Shown: positions 1-11,370, numbered from the stretch's first letter. The stretch: DNA of 64,000 nt from a candidate division FCPU426 bacterium (GCA_963738405.1 CAVTWJ010000020.1:1-64000); one strand, 5' to 3'. Notes: generated by a model not told the origin, from the sequence alone. Translations and numbers: made by a program.

Positions 1-19
1 GCTTCTTAAAATTTCCCCG

Positions 20-1342
20 ATGTTCCAACGAATCACCTGCCCTTATCAAGTTCAGCAGGAAGAAGCTGTTAATTTAGAGTTTGGCCGCATCCTTTTAGAG
101 GGCGGGAATCTTTACCCCGACATCCGCCAGGGTGGACCCTATATCCATTCTTCCTATCCTCCCCTTTATCCATTCCTTCTTTCCCTTTGCATGAGAATCC
201 TGCCTGGGCCTTGGCTTCCAGGGCGTTTGCCGGCATTTCTGGGTTATCTGACGGCCGGACTGTTGCTGTTGGCTTGGGGCTGGGGAAAATGGGGCCCGAT
301 CCCGGCGACCGTTCTTGCTGGGTGCCTTTGGCTTTTCCCGACCTGGCTGACATGGGGTTCCATGGCGCGGATGGACACGGTCCTGGTGGCGTTAAACCTT
401 TTGGGCTTGATGGTTCTTTTGCGGGAGATGGAAACAAACCCGGAGAATAGGCTCCGCTTCTGGTCGATGGCAGGCTTGATTAACGCGGCCGCGTTATTGA
501 TGAAACCCAGCGCCTGCACCCTCACCTTGGCTGTGGCCCTTTTCATGTTTTTGAAAAGACAGTGGAAAGAAGGGCGCGTTTTTTTGGCGGCAGCACTGGT
601 TCCAGTCCTTTTAGTGACGGCCTATTGGCAGTGGAAAACGACAGGCTTTTACCTGATCCATACGGTTCAATGGGCGGCGCAGGATTTTCATCTATCCAAT
701 CTTTGGGGATTTCTTTCCAGATCCTTTTTAAAGGAAGGAGGATGGCTTGTTTTGGGGGTCGGCCTAACCCTTTTCAAAAGGCCTTTACCTTTACTGTTGA
801 AACTTCAATTATTGTTTTCGGCCCTTTGGCTCCTGGCCCTTTCCCGGGATGGTGCGGCGGAGAATTACTACATGGAATTTCTGGCGGTGGGAATGGTGGT
901 TTTAGGCGAAGGGTGGTTTGTAAATAAGAAAAATCCATCCGCAAAATCCAATGCGCCCTTGATCTGTCTAGCCCTGGCGGGGCTTTATTTGGGATTGCAA
1001 CCAGGACCCTTGAGCCCTGACCCCTCGCAAATGGCCGCTGAAGCCCGTGTTTTACCTTTCTTCGCGGTTCCGGGGGAATATCTAACGATGGATAGCAATC
1101 TTCCCTACCAGACAGGCCGCCGGATTTGGTATCAGCATTCGGGGCTCCTGCCCTTGTTGAATCAGGGGAAATGGGACCCTTCGCCTCTGATTCGCGACAT
1201 CACGGCCAAGAAATTTTTAAAGATCGAGATGTACGATTTGCCAAGCCAGTATCTTTGGCCCGATTCGGTGACGAAAGCAGTGGAAGGGAACTACAAGATT
1301 TTTGCCGTTGACTCGGGCCGAAGGTGGTACCTGCCCCGTTAG
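20..1342 (+). CDS. GT-C superfamily (ArnT/PMT-like) polytopic membrane glycosyltransferase, probably 5'-truncated by the window edge
   Basis: Acidic motif QQEE followed by YPPLYP, then RMD and LLMK-type motifs, many hydrophobic segments and a soluble C-terminal domain. Confidence 0.55.
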   Translation: MFQRITCPYQVQQEEAVNLEFGRILLEGGNLYPDIRQGGPYIHSSYPPLYPFLLSLCMRILPGPWLPGRLPAFLGYLTAGLLLLAWGWGKWGPIPATVLAGCLWLFPTWLTWGSMARMDTVLVALNLLGLMVLLREMETNPENRLRFWSMAGLINAAALLMKPSACTLTLAVALFMFLKRQWKEGRVFLAAALVPVLLVTAYWQWKTTGFYLIHTVQWAAQDFHLSNLWGFLSRSFLKEGGWLVLGVGLTLFKRPLPLLLKLQLLFSALWLLALSRDGAAENYYMEFLAVGMVVLGEGWFVNKKNPSAKSNAPLICLALAGLYLGLQPGPLSPDPSQMAAEARVLPFFAVPGEYLTMDSNLPYQTGRRIWYQHSGLLPLLNQGKWDPSPLIRDITAKKFLKIEMYDLPSQYLWPDSVTKAVEGNYKIFAVDSGRRWYLPR

Positions 1343-1451
1343 GGAAAGCCTTCAATTTTGTCGTAGGGATCTTTAGGCTCCATTTTGGATTTGAATTCAC
1401 CCTAGCCCCTCTGCACAATAGGTGGACTTCATCCCGCCCCATGAGGATTTA

Positions 1452-3905
1452 ATGCCAACCGCTTTAGTCATCCACGGACATTTTTACCAACCCCCCCGGG
1501 AAAACCCCTGGACGGGCGTCATTGACGACCAGCCCAGCGCCCAGCCCTATCCCAATTGGAACGACCGGGTCTATTACGAATGTTACCGGCCCAACGCATT
1601 CGCGCGGGTGTTCGATCTTCGAAGCGGCCGCATTGAAAACATCACCAACAATTACGAGTTTATCAGCTTCAATATGGGCCCCACGCTTTTCTCCTGGATG
1701 GAGGTTTACCATCCAGGCACTTACAAGAAAATCTTGGCTTCTGATCAGGAAAGCCGCAAACGCAACGGGGGCCATGGCAACGCCATTGCCCAGGGCTACA
1801 ACCACACCATCCTGCCCCTCTGCAACGACGCGGACCGGGTGACCCAGGTGAAATGGGGCATCGCGGACTTTCAATACCGCTTTGGCCGGGAACCGGAATC
1901 CCTTTGGTGCCCGGAAACCGCCTGCGACGATGCCACCCTCTCGGTTCTAATTGACGAGGGCTTGAAATACCTCATCCTTTCGCCGGAACAGGCCCAAAGG
2001 ATTCGGCCGATTGGAGGCGGTGATTGGCACGATGTTTCCAACGGCAGTATCGACCCAGGCCAAGCCTACCGTTATTTCCATCGGGACGGGTCGGGGCGTT
2101 CGATCGACATTTTCTTCTACGACATGAATATCGCCCGTTCCATCGCCTTCGAGGGGGCCCTCATCAGTTCGCAAGCCCTGTTGGAACGCATCGGCCGCGC
2201 GGGCGGGGGCGAGGGGCGCATCATCCAGGCCGCCACCGACGGCGAATCCTACGGCCACCACACGAAGTTTGGAGACCGGAGTCTGGCCTATGCCCTGGAA
2301 GTCGAGGCGGCCAACCACAATTACTGGGTCACCAACTACGGGGCCTTTCTGGAGAAAAATCCTCCCCACATGGAAGTTGAAATAAAAGTCGGCGAGGACG
2401 GAAAGGGAACCTCCTGGAGCTGCGCCCATGGCGTGGGCCGGTGGTTCCGGGATTGCGGCTGTCAAACGGGGGGACGGGAAGGCTGGAACCAAAAATGGCG
2501 GGGCCCCTTACGCAAGGCCTTTGATTATGTCCGGGATACGGTTAACAAATATTTCGAGGCGGAAAGGGGAAAATTATTCATCGACCCCTGGGCCGCCCGC
2601 AACGACTACATCCAACTAATCCTCGATCCGAACGCTTCCCGGGAGGATTTTTTGGAACGCCACGCAGGAAGGCCACTCAACACCGAAGAAAGGGTTCGAG
2701 CCCTGACCCAGCTAGAAATCCAACGCAACTCGATGCTGATGTACACCAGCTGCGGCTGGTTTTTTACCGAGATCTCGGGCATTGAGACCACCCAGGTTTT
2801 GAAATACGCCGCCCGCATATTCGACTTTCTCGTGGACTTGGGCCTCCCATCCTGTGAAAAACCTTTTCTCGATATTCTGGAGGAGGCCAAAAGCAACATT
2901 CCCGAATACGGCACGGGCGCGGATGTTTACCGCCGTTTCGCCCACTGCTCACGGGTAACTCCTGAGGGCGTCGCTGCCCATCTGGCCATTTCCTCCCTCG
3001 TGAATCATCCGCCTTCCAAGGACCGGGTCGGGGGTTACTCCTACGAATTGAAAGACCTGCGCAAGGAAACCCACGGCCGATATACCCTTATTACCGCAAG
3101 CGTCACTCTGGAAGAAACCATGTGTCTTCGCCAATTCCGATTGGCGGTTGCCGGACTGCACCTGGGGGGCATCGATTTTTACGGGGCGGTGAAACCCTAT
3201 CCGGGGGATGGCCCTTTCTTGATGGCCGCCGAGAAGCTTTGGGATGAGTTTTATGTTGTATCCCTTCCCAAGCTCTTAAGGCTGATCCAGGAACAGTTTG
3301 GGCCCAATGAGTTTGGCGTTGAACAACTGCTGCCCGAGTCCAAACAGCGTATTTTCCAGGAAATCTATGGCTCTTTGGTGGAGCGTTTCGCCGAACAATA
3401 CGTGCGTCTATATGAAGACAACCGCCGGAACCTGGAAATGCTCCAATCCGTGGGTTTTGAGCTGCCCAAAGAAATAAGGGCCGCCGCGGAATTCACCTTT
3501 GGAAAGCTTTTCGAGGAGCAGATCCAGAAAAAAGAATGGTTCAAAGACCCGGAAGCCTACCGCAATCTTCTGGAACTGGCGGACCAGGTCACCCAGCACG
3601 GCTATCAGGTCGACCGTTTCGTGGCCGAACACACCTTCCGGAACCTCATCACCGAAATCGTCGAAAAGTCTGTGGCCGAACCCACTGAAGAGAATCTGGG
3701 GGCGGCTTTGGCCGTGGTCAACTTGACCAAAAAATTGGGGCTTCACCACAACCTTTACCTAGCCCAGGAGGCGGTTTTTGAGGCCGCTGAGAAACCCACC
3801 GAATTCTCCAAGTTTGTCCCTCTTTCCGACATGCTGGATTTGAAGACCGACTTTTTGCTGACGAAAAACAAGGAACACTTGATTCAGCTGGTTCCCACGG
3901 CCTAA
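1452..3905 (+). CDS. GH57-family glycoside hydrolase with DUF3536 C-terminal region
   Basis: IHGHFYQPPRENPW, HTILPL, WCPETA, ATDGESYGHH, SWSCAHGVGRW and MYTSCGWFF motifs; ATG at 1452 follows GAGG; adjacent to glgB. Confidence 0.88.
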   Translation: MPTALVIHGHFYQPPRENPWTGVIDDQPSAQPYPNWNDRVYYECYRPNAFARVFDLRSGRIENITNNYEFISFNMGPTLFSWMEVYHPGTYKKILASDQESRKRNGGHGNAIAQGYNHTILPLCNDADRVTQVKWGIADFQYRFGREPESLWCPETACDDATLSVLIDEGLKYLILSPEQAQRIRPIGGGDWHDVSNGSIDPGQAYRYFHRDGSGRSIDIFFYDMNIARSIAFEGALISSQALLERIGRAGGGEGRIIQAATDGESYGHHTKFGDRSLAYALEVEAANHNYWVTNYGAFLEKNPPHMEVEIKVGEDGKGTSWSCAHGVGRWFRDCGCQTGGREGWNQKWRGPLRKAFDYVRDTVNKYFEAERGKLFIDPWAARNDYIQLILDPNASREDFLERHAGRPLNTEERVRALTQLEIQRNSMLMYTSCGWFFTEISGIETTQVLKYAARIFDFLVDLGLPSCEKPFLDILEEAKSNIPEYGTGADVYRRFAHCSRVTPEGVAAHLAISSLVNHPPSKDRVGGYSYELKDLRKETHGRYTLITASVTLEETMCLRQFRLAVAGLHLGGIDFYGAVKPYPGDGPFLMAAEKLWDEFYVVSLPKLLRLIQEQFGPNEFGVEQLLPESKQRIFQEIYGSLVERFAEQYVRLYEDNRRNLEMLQSVGFELPKEIRAAAEFTFGKLFEEQIQKKEWFKDPEAYRNLLELADQVTQHGYQVDRFVAEHTFRNLITEIVEKSVAEPTEENLGAALAVVNLTKKLGLHHNLYLAQEAVFEAAEKPTEFSKFVPLSDMLDLKTDFLLTKNKEHLIQLVPTA

Positions 3906-3987
3906 GGGTCTTGGCTCTTTCATCTTGTCCGACCTCTTCTGTGTTAATCTGTTGTTCCTAAGAACAGCTCGATTCAGGAGTCTTTCA

Positions 3988-6264
3988 TTGCCGGCCCCAA
4001 GAAAAAAAGAAAAAACCGCCAAACCCCCAAAGGTTTCGAAGGCGTCTGTCTCAGGTAAGAAGGCGGAAAAATCCCCGCTCGGCAAAGGACCGGCGCTACC
4101 TTCTTCCGCCAACGCCATTCTTCAATTCCATCAAAGGGACCCCCATTCCTACCTGGGGCTGCATCCGACGAAGGGTGAGGCGGTGATCCGGGTCTACCGG
4201 CCCGAGGCCCTGGCGGTCCATATCCTCTTTTCGAATGATCCGCCTGTTTCCTTGAAACCCATCGGTCGCGATTTTTTTGAGGGTACCCTTAAAACGAAAA
4301 AGGACTTGGGGCCCTACCAGGTGGAAGTGACCTATCCCCAAAACCGGACCTTTCAATACTGGGACCCCTACGCTTTTTGGCCCACCCTGGGTGAAATGGA
4401 CCTTTATTTGTTGGGCGAAGGAAACCACGAGCGTCTTTACGAAAAGATGGGCGCCCACGTCATTGAATGGCAGGGTGTGACCGGGGTGGCTTTCGCGGTC
4501 TGGGCCCCCGGAGCCAAGAGCGTCAGCCTGGTAGGGGATTTCAACGGTTGGGACGGGCGCCTGCACCAAATGCGGTGCCTGGGCTCTTCGGGCATTTGGG
4601 AAATTTTCATGCCCGAGCTAAAGGCCGAGGATAAATACAAGTTTGAAATACGACCCTCCAATGGCGGTTATCTTTTAAAAGCCGATCCTTATGCCTTTGA
4701 GGCCGAAAAGCCCCCCAAGACCGCTTCCGTCATTTACCAAAGCAAATACCAGTTCAAGGACGCGGAATGGATGGGCCGCAGGGCCCAGGACAACAGCATC
4801 AAAAAAGCCGTTTCCATCTATGAGATGCACTTGGAATCCTGGAAAAAGGTCCCGGAAGAAGAGGATCGGCCCCTCACCTACCGCGAAACGGCGGATGACC
4901 TGGCGGTTTACTTAAACGAACTGGGCTTCACCCATGTGGAACTGATGCCGGTGATGGAACATCCTTTCGGGGGGTCCTGGGGATATCAGGTTTCGTCCTA
5001 CTACGCCCCGACCTCCCGTTTCGGCACCCCCGACGATTTTAAGTATTTCGTGGATACCCTGCATCAAAAGGGGATCGGGGTCATCTTGGATTGGGTACCG
5101 GCCCATTTCCCCAAGGACGATTTCGCCCTTGGACGTTTTGACGGCTCCGGGCTTTACGAGCACATTGACCCCCGGCAGGGCGAACACCCCGACTGGGGGA
5201 CCTACGTTTTCAATTTTGGCCGCAATGAAGTTCGCAACTTCCTGCTTTCCAACGCCCTTTACTGGCTTTCGGAGTTCCATGTGGACGGACTACGGCTGGA
5301 TGCGGTGGCTTCCATGCTTTACCTGGATTACAGCCGGGAAGAGGGGGAGTGGATACCCAACCAGTTTGGCGGAAATGAAAACCTTGAAGCGATCACCTTT
5401 CTCAAAAAGCTAAATGAACTGGCCCACGCCAAGTTCCCCGGCGTGTTGATGATCGCCGAGGAGTCTACCGCCTGGCCGGGAGTAAGCAAACCCACTTACA
5501 CGGGCGGCCTGGGGTTTGGTTATAAATGGAACATGGGCTGGATGCACGACACCCTGGATTACTTCAGCCACGACCCCATCCACCGGCGTTATCATCACAA
5601 CAATCTGACCTTTGGTTTTCTTTACGCCTGGAGCGAAAACTTCATCCTGCCTTTTTCCCACGATGAGGTGGTGCACGGTAAATGCTCCATGATTGACAAG
5701 ATGCCGGGGGACCGCTGGCAAAAATTCGCGAACCTGCGTTCCCTCTACGGTTACATGTGGGCCCACCCGGGCAAGAAGCTGTTGTTTATGGGAAGTGAAT
5801 TCGGCCAGTTCAGCGAATGGAATCATAATGTGAGTATGGATTGGCACCTGACCCAGTATGCCGATCACTGGCGCCTCCAGGATCTCATTCGAGACCTCAA
5901 CAAACTTTATAAAGAATACCCGGCTTTGCACGAGGCCGACTCGGATCCGGCGGGTTTCCAATGGGTGGACGCGAATAATGCGGACGAGAATATCGTGGCG
6001 TTCCTGCGTAAATCCCCTTCGACGGGACGGCAAATTCTTTGCGTTGGGAATTTTTCGCCGGTGATTCGCTATAACTACCGGGTGGGCCTGCCCAAATGGG
6101 GATATTACAAAGAAATCATGAACACCGATTCCCACATTTATGGCGGGAGCAATTTTGGAAACAACGGGGGGGTTCATTCCGAGGATAAGCCTTACCAAGG
6201 CCAACCCCATTCGGCCATACTGAATTTGCCTCCCCTGTCGATGCTTTGGTTTGAAGCGCCTTAA
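3988..6264 (+). CDS. glgB: 1,4-alpha-glucan branching enzyme
   Basis: FAVWAP, WGYQ, DWVPAHF, GLRLDAVASMLY, AEEST, WNMGWMHD and SHDEVVHGK motifs; likely TTG start after AGGAG (ORF track starts at 3925). Confidence 0.96.
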   Translation: MPAPRKKEKTAKPPKVSKASVSGKKAEKSPLGKGPALPSSANAILQFHQRDPHSYLGLHPTKGEAVIRVYRPEALAVHILFSNDPPVSLKPIGRDFFEGTLKTKKDLGPYQVEVTYPQNRTFQYWDPYAFWPTLGEMDLYLLGEGNHERLYEKMGAHVIEWQGVTGVAFAVWAPGAKSVSLVGDFNGWDGRLHQMRCLGSSGIWEIFMPELKAEDKYKFEIRPSNGGYLLKADPYAFEAEKPPKTASVIYQSKYQFKDAEWMGRRAQDNSIKKAVSIYEMHLESWKKVPEEEDRPLTYRETADDLAVYLNELGFTHVELMPVMEHPFGGSWGYQVSSYYAPTSRFGTPDDFKYFVDTLHQKGIGVILDWVPAHFPKDDFALGRFDGSGLYEHIDPRQGEHPDWGTYVFNFGRNEVRNFLLSNALYWLSEFHVDGLRLDAVASMLYLDYSREEGEWIPNQFGGNENLEAITFLKKLNELAHAKFPGVLMIAEESTAWPGVSKPTYTGGLGFGYKWNMGWMHDTLDYFSHDPIHRRYHHNNLTFGFLYAWSENFILPFSHDEVVHGKCSMIDKMPGDRWQKFANLRSLYGYMWAHPGKKLLFMGSEFGQFSEWNHNVSMDWHLTQYADHWRLQDLIRDLNKLYKEYPALHEADSDPAGFQWVDANNADENIVAFLRKSPSTGRQILCVGNFSPVIRYNYRVGLPKWGYYKEIMNTDSHIYGGSNFGNNGGVHSEDKPYQGQPHSAILNLPPLSMLWFEAP

Positions 6265-6284
6265 GTCTTGATTTAAGTCATAAG

Positions 6285-6314
6285 TTGCGGCTCCAGGAGC
6301 CATCCCCCTATAAT
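6285..6314 (+). promoter_or_regulatory. Putative sigma70 promoter for accA
   Basis: TTGCGG-18 nt-TATAAT in the glgB-accA gap. Confidence 0.35.
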
Positions 6315-6352
6315 GACCCGGTTTTGAAGCCCATTTGAACCACAAGGAAGCC

Positions 6353-7213
6353 ATGAAGACCAAGACCGCTCCCAAAAAAACTCTTCCGAAAGCTCAGCCC
6401 AAGACCCAAAAAGCCTTAACCCCTTGGGATCGGGTCCAGTTGGCGCGGCATGCCGAGCGCCCTTTCTCGTTAGATTACATTCCCCGCATCTTTACTGATT
6501 TTGTGGAAATTCACGGGGACCGCGCCTTCGGGGATGACCCGGCCACCGTAACCGGTTTTGCCATGTTGGAGGGCCATTCGGTGGCTCTCGTGGGTCAACA
6601 AAAGGGCCATGACACCAAGGAAAATCTCCGGCGAAATTTCGGAATGTCCCAGCCGGAAGGCTACCGCAAGGCTTTGCGGGTGATGAAACTGGCTGAAAAA
6701 TTCCATAAACCCGTAATTACCCTGATTGATACCGCCGGGGCCTATCCGGGCCTGGGCGGGGAAGAAAGGGGCCAAGCGGAAGCCATCGCCCGCAACCTCC
6801 TGGAAATGGCCCGGCTCCGCACCCCGATTATTTCCGTGATTTTAGGGGAAGGCGGCAGCGGCGGGGCCATCGGTATTGGGGTCGCCAACAAGGTTTTGAT
6901 GATGGAAAACGCCTGGTATTCGGTCATTTCGCCCGAGGGATGCGCGGCGATCCTTTGGAACGATCGGGAAAAGATACAGCAGGCGGCGGAGGTCCTGAAA
7001 CTTTCGGCTTCCGAATTGTTAAAGTTCAAGATCGTTGATGAAATTATCCCCGAACCCGTTGGCGGCGCCCAAAACGATTACGAACAAACGGCGGCCAGCT
7101 TGAAAAACGCCCTATTGAAACACCTTAAGCCGCTTTTAAAAATGAAACCGAACGCTCTGGAAGACCAACGCTACAAGAAGTTCCGCGCCATGGGCTTCTT
7201 CAAGGAAAAATAA
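6353..7213 (+). CDS. accA: Acetyl-CoA carboxylase carboxyltransferase alpha subunit
   Basis: [45 protein letters not shown] and [14 protein letters not shown]. Confidence 0.97.
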   Translation: MKTKTAPKKTLPKAQPKTQKALTPWDRVQLARHAERPFSLDYIPRIFTDFVEIHGDRAFGDDPATVTGFAMLEGHSVALVGQQKGHDTKENLRRNFGMSQPEGYRKALRVMKLAEKFHKPVITLIDTAGAYPGLGGEERGQAEAIARNLLEMARLRTPIISVILGEGGSGGAIGIGVANKVLMMENAWYSVISPEGCAAILWNDREKIQQAAEVLKLSASELLKFKIVDEIIPEPVGGAQNDYEQTAASLKNALLKHLKPLLKMKPNALEDQRYKKFRAMGFFKEK

Positions 7214-7239
7214 AAGCGGTTTTTCCGAAGGATTCCCCC

Positions 7240-7968
7240 ATGCTCAGTCCCGGTCGATCCATTCTTCTCCCCTTTTGGTTTCTTTTTTTTGTGTTTGGTT
7301 TTCCCCTAAATGGAGAAGCCTCTCCTCGAATTGTGATCTATGCGGCCCATGGCGGGGAAGATACCGGCGTAAGCGGGAATGGGCAGGAGGAGAAGGTATG
7401 GAACCTTCGGGTGGCCCAATCCCTTCAAAAGGCTCTCGCGGCGGGCGGATATGATGTGGTAATGGTTCGAACCAAAGATGATACCCTTCCGTTGGATCAA
7501 TGGGTGAATACGGTGAATGTGTCTGGGGCGTCGGTCGCGTTGATTATTCACGCGGACCGCGAATGGACCGGAAGAATAAGGGGTCCCTTTGCGGTGGTGG
7601 AGCCGCCAGCGGGTTCCGCAGTGCCTGAGGGCCCGGAAATCCAGAGGTGGGGAAATATCCCGAACTTCCAATTTCGTCAAAGCCTCCGCCTGGCCAAGGC
7701 CTTGGCCCAGGCATGGGAAGTGAGCCCTCAGCTTTCACCTCTTTCGGATAGCAGGGCCCTGCCGGGTGAGCAGACCTCTTCCGAAGGAAGGATCTTGGCC
7801 TCTCCCCACCAATCCCTGAGATACCTGGTGATCCCATCCGTGGTGATCGAACCGCTCTTTTTGACTTCCTCCCAGGACCTGAAAAGATTTTCAACCGATG
7901 AGGGAATACAGGATTTCACCTCGAAAACGGTGAGAGGCCTTAAGACCTATTTCCAGTCGTCTCCCTGA
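7240..7968 (+). CDS. N-acetylmuramoyl-L-alanine amidase (Amidase_3), secreted
   Basis: Signal peptide; HGGEDTG..EEK, IIHAD and VVIEP supply the Zn/catalytic His, Glu, His, Glu. Confidence 0.8.
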   Translation: MLSPGRSILLPFWFLFFVFGFPLNGEASPRIVIYAAHGGEDTGVSGNGQEEKVWNLRVAQSLQKALAAGGYDVVMVRTKDDTLPLDQWVNTVNVSGASVALIIHADREWTGRIRGPFAVVEPPAGSAVPEGPEIQRWGNIPNFQFRQSLRLAKALAQAWEVSPQLSPLSDSRALPGEQTSSEGRILASPHQSLRYLVIPSVVIEPLFLTSSQDLKRFSTDEGIQDFTSKTVRGLKTYFQSSP

Positions 7969-7980
7969 AAGGTTTCCGCA

Positions 7981-8637
7981 ATGGTATCCAACGGCAGACA
8001 AAAATTTTATCGGCAGGATAAACGTCTCGGAAATCCGTGGCTGTTTTTGGGAGCGGCATTACTTTTGGCCGTTCTGGTCCTCTGGGGCGGATGGCATTGG
8101 AAGAAAAGAATATCCGCGGCTTCGAGCGAGGCCCCGGTCCCGATTTCAGCCCAAGCCCCGCTTTTTGACCCCCATGACAAACCCATGACGGTTGTCTTGA
8201 AAGGGATCGACGTATCCTCTGGAAAGGTGGTGGGTTATAAGACCGTCATCCGGGAAAGTAAAACCCGTTACAACCAGATGAAACAGGTTGTGTTAGCTTA
8301 TTTGGGGGGCCCTCGGGAGGGCAAAATCCAGGTACCTGTGCCCTCGGGGATGGGCCTCAATCAGTTCTACTTGACGGCGGAGGGAAGCGCAGTAATTGAC
8401 CTTTCGTTGAACGGCGTCAAACCGGAATCTTTTGGGTTTTATGAAGAGGTTCTTTTCGTCCGTGGAATGATCGAAGCCCTGACCGGAAATTTTTTCGAAG
8501 TAAAGCAAGTCAAACTCTTGGCGGACGGACAGGACGCGCTCGTTTTAGGCGGGCATTACGCCTTGGGGACCTCGGAGGCGAATAGGCCCCCATCCCTTGC
8601 GGTTTCGAAGGATGTGCCTCCGTCGACAGCGCCCTAA
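7981..8637 (+). CDS. GerMN-domain membrane-anchored protein
   Basis: N-terminal TM helix; LGGP, AVIDLS and VKQVKLLADG pattern; typical position next to an amidase. Confidence 0.7.
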   Translation: MVSNGRQKFYRQDKRLGNPWLFLGAALLLAVLVLWGGWHWKKRISAASSEAPVPISAQAPLFDPHDKPMTVVLKGIDVSSGKVVGYKTVIRESKTRYNQMKQVVLAYLGGPREGKIQVPVPSGMGLNQFYLTAEGSAVIDLSLNGVKPESFGFYEEVLFVRGMIEALTGNFFEVKQVKLLADGQDALVLGGHYALGTSEANRPPSLAVSKDVPPSTAP

Positions 8638-8715
8638 AACCGGCGCCTTCTTCGCTTGAAAAGGGATTCGATCCCCGTTATTTTCAATGCCTCAATTAAA
8701 AACCCAGGAATCAAA

Positions 8716-11370
8716 TTGGAAAACTCCAAAGACAGCCCATTGCCCAACGCTTACAACCCCAAAGAGGTGGAGGACCGCTGGTACGCCGTTTGGGAACAAT
8801 CGGGGGATTTCACCGCCAAGGCTGTTTCAGAAAAACCCTTCAGCATCGTTGCGCCCCCGCCCAATGTGACGGGAAGGCTCCATATGGGGCACGCCTTGAC
8901 CTACACCCTCCAAGACCTGGTCACCCGGTTTAAACGGATGCAGGGATTCAACATGCTTTGGCTTCCAGGCACGGACCATGCCGGCATTGCCACTCAAAAT
9001 GTGGTGGAGAAGGAACTAAAAAAAGAGGGAAAGAGCCGCCACGATTTCGGGCGGGAGGGTTTTGTTCAGCGGGTTTGGGAGTGGAAGGAACAGTACGGCG
9101 CCATCATTACAAAGCAACTGCGCAAGTTGGGAGCCTCCTGCGACTGGAGCCGAGAACGGTTCACGATGGACGAGGGCCTTTCCAAGGCCGTGCAGGAAGT
9201 TTTCATCACCCTTTACAACGAAAAACTAATCTACCAGGACTATTACCTCATCAACTGGTGCCCCCGCTGCCAAACCGCCCTATCGGATATCGAGGTGGAG
9301 CATAAGACGGTTCAGGGAAGCTTTTACCACTTGCGCTATCCCTTTGCGGATGACCCATCCCAAGGCCTGGAAGTGGCCACCACCCGCCCTGAGACCCTTT
9401 TGGGGGATACGGCGGTGGCGGTGCATCCTGAGGATGAGCGTTACCAAAATCTGGTGGGGAAATCGGTGGTCTTGCCTCTGCTGAACCGAAAGATCCCGAT
9501 CATCGCGGATACCTATGTGGACAGGGAATTTGGGACAGGGGTCGTGAAAATAACTCCGGCCCACGACTTCAATGACTTTCAGGTTGGCAACCGCCACAAG
9601 CTGGAGCGCATCAATATCCTCAACCCGGACGCGACCTTGAACGAGAACGCGGGCCCCTACCAAGGGCTGGACCGGTTCGAAGCCCGAAAGAAAATTGTGG
9701 CGGACCTTGAAGCCGCCGGTCTTTTGCTCAAAGTCGAACCCCACGAACACAATGTGGGGCATTGCTACCGCTGCGGCACGGTGGTGGAACCTTATTTTTC
9801 TAAACAATGGTTTGTGCGTATGAAACCCCTGGCGGAAACTGCCTTGAAGGCCGTAGCGGAGGGAAAAACCCGATTTATCCCCGAAATGTGGCGGGGCGAG
9901 TTCGAGAAATGGCTGAACAACATTCAGGACTGGTGCATTAGCCGGCAAATTTGGTGGGGACACCGGATTCCGGTATACAACTGCCAATCCTGCGGCAACC
10001 AGGTGGCGGACAAAGAAAAACCCTCTACCTGTTCCCGATGCCAAAAGAACCAATGGGAGCAGGATCCGGATGTGCTGGACACCTGGTTTTCCTCCGGTCT
10101 CTGGCCCTTTTCGACCTTGGGATGGCCCGACAAATCCAGCTTGGATTTGAAAGTCTTTTATCCCACCTCGGTCATGGTGACTTCCTGGGACATTCTCTTC
10201 TTCTGGGTGGCCCGTATGATGATGATGGGGCTGAAGTTCATGGGCGAGGTTCCCTTTAAGGAAGTTTACCTGCATTCGCTGGTGACGGACGCGGATGGGA
10301 AGAAAATGAGCAAGTCCAAGGGAAACGTCGTCGATCCTTTGGACCTCATCGAACAGTTCGGATGCGACGCCCTTCGGTTCACCCTGACTTCCATTGAAAC
10401 CAAACAGCGCTACGTGGCCTTGACGCCCCAAAAGCTCGAGTCTTCCCGCAATTTCGTGAACAAGCTTTACAACGCGACCCGTTTTGTTTTGATAGGCCTT
10501 TCGGACGGGACGGAGGTCAGGGAACTATCGCCCAATGACTTTCCGAATCTCAAGATAGAAGATAAATGGATTTGGCACCGCCTTTATCAAGTAACGGAGG
10601 AAGTGACGCAAGACTATGAACATTACCGGGTCGCTGAGCTTTCACAGACTCTTTACCGCTTTGTTTGGAATGATTTTTGTGATTGGTACCTGGAGTGCAT
10701 CAAGCCGAGGCTTTACGCCGAGACCCATTCCCTCGAGAAAAAACTGGCCGCCTCGGTGGTGGTGGCGGTTTTGGATCGAATCTTGCGACTTCTTCACCCC
10801 GTGATGCCTTTCGTGACGGAGGAATTGTGGCACAAGCTTCCGAACCGGTCCCAAACCATCATGAAAGCCCCATGGCCCCAGCCGGATAGGGAAAATGTTT
10901 TTTCACGGGAGTCGGATGAATTCAAAGAGCTGCAGGAAATGGTGACGGCCATCCGAACCAGCCGGAGCGAATTGAATGTCTCCCCAAAGGCCCAGGTGAT
11001 TGTCTCTACCAAGGATTTTGATCTCCCGGAAAGCTCGGAGGGAAACCGCCTCGTGAAAATACTCTGTCGGGCCTCTGAAATTAACGAGGTGAAGACCCGT
11101 CCCCCCAAAACGGCTCTTGCGGTTGTGGCGCGCGGGGAAATGTATATCCACTTGGAAGGGTTGATTGATTTGAAGGCCGAGGCCGCTAAACAGCAGAGGG
11201 AAAGACAAAAACTTCAAAACTACATCCGATCCATCGAGGGGAAATTATCCAACGAACAGTTCGCCAAGAACGCTCCGGCGGAACTCGTCGATGGAGAAAA
11301 GGCCAAGTTAAGGGAAACGAGTGAGAAAATAGCCCGCATTGAGGGCAATTTGAGTTTTCTTGAAAGCTAA
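8716..11370 (+). CDS. valS: Valine--tRNA ligase
   Basis: PPPNVTGRLHMGH, DHAGIATQ, DWCISRQIWWGH, DVLDTWFSS, KMSKS and a C-terminal coiled coil; likely TTG start at 8716. Confidence 0.98.
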   Translation: MENSKDSPLPNAYNPKEVEDRWYAVWEQSGDFTAKAVSEKPFSIVAPPPNVTGRLHMGHALTYTLQDLVTRFKRMQGFNMLWLPGTDHAGIATQNVVEKELKKEGKSRHDFGREGFVQRVWEWKEQYGAIITKQLRKLGASCDWSRERFTMDEGLSKAVQEVFITLYNEKLIYQDYYLINWCPRCQTALSDIEVEHKTVQGSFYHLRYPFADDPSQGLEVATTRPETLLGDTAVAVHPEDERYQNLVGKSVVLPLLNRKIPIIADTYVDREFGTGVVKITPAHDFNDFQVGNRHKLERINILNPDATLNENAGPYQGLDRFEARKKIVADLEAAGLLLKVEPHEHNVGHCYRCGTVVEPYFSKQWFVRMKPLAETALKAVAEGKTRFIPEMWRGEFEKWLNNIQDWCISRQIWWGHRIPVYNCQSCGNQVADKEKPSTCSRCQKNQWEQDPDVLDTWFSSGLWPFSTLGWPDKSSLDLKVFYPTSVMVTSWDILFFWVARMMMMGLKFMGEVPFKEVYLHSLVTDADGKKMSKSKGNVVDPLDLIEQFGCDALRFTLTSIETKQRYVALTPQKLESSRNFVNKLYNATRFVLIGLSDGTEVRELSPNDFPNLKIEDKWIWHRLYQVTEEVTQDYEHYRVAELSQTLYRFVWNDFCDWYLECIKPRLYAETHSLEKKLAASVVVAVLDRILRLLHPVMPFVTEELWHKLPNRSQTIMKAPWPQPDRENVFSRESDEFKELQEMVTAIRTSRSELNVSPKAQVIVSTKDFDLPESSEGNRLVKILCRASEINEVKTRPPKTALAVVARGEMYIHLEGLIDLKAEAAKQQRERQKLQNYIRSIEGKLSNEQFAKNAPAELVDGEKAKLRETSEKIARIEGNLSFLES

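Noticed and set aside
5410..10431. Minus-strand ORFs of 321 aa and 383 aa
   Set aside because: Antisense shadows of glgB and valS
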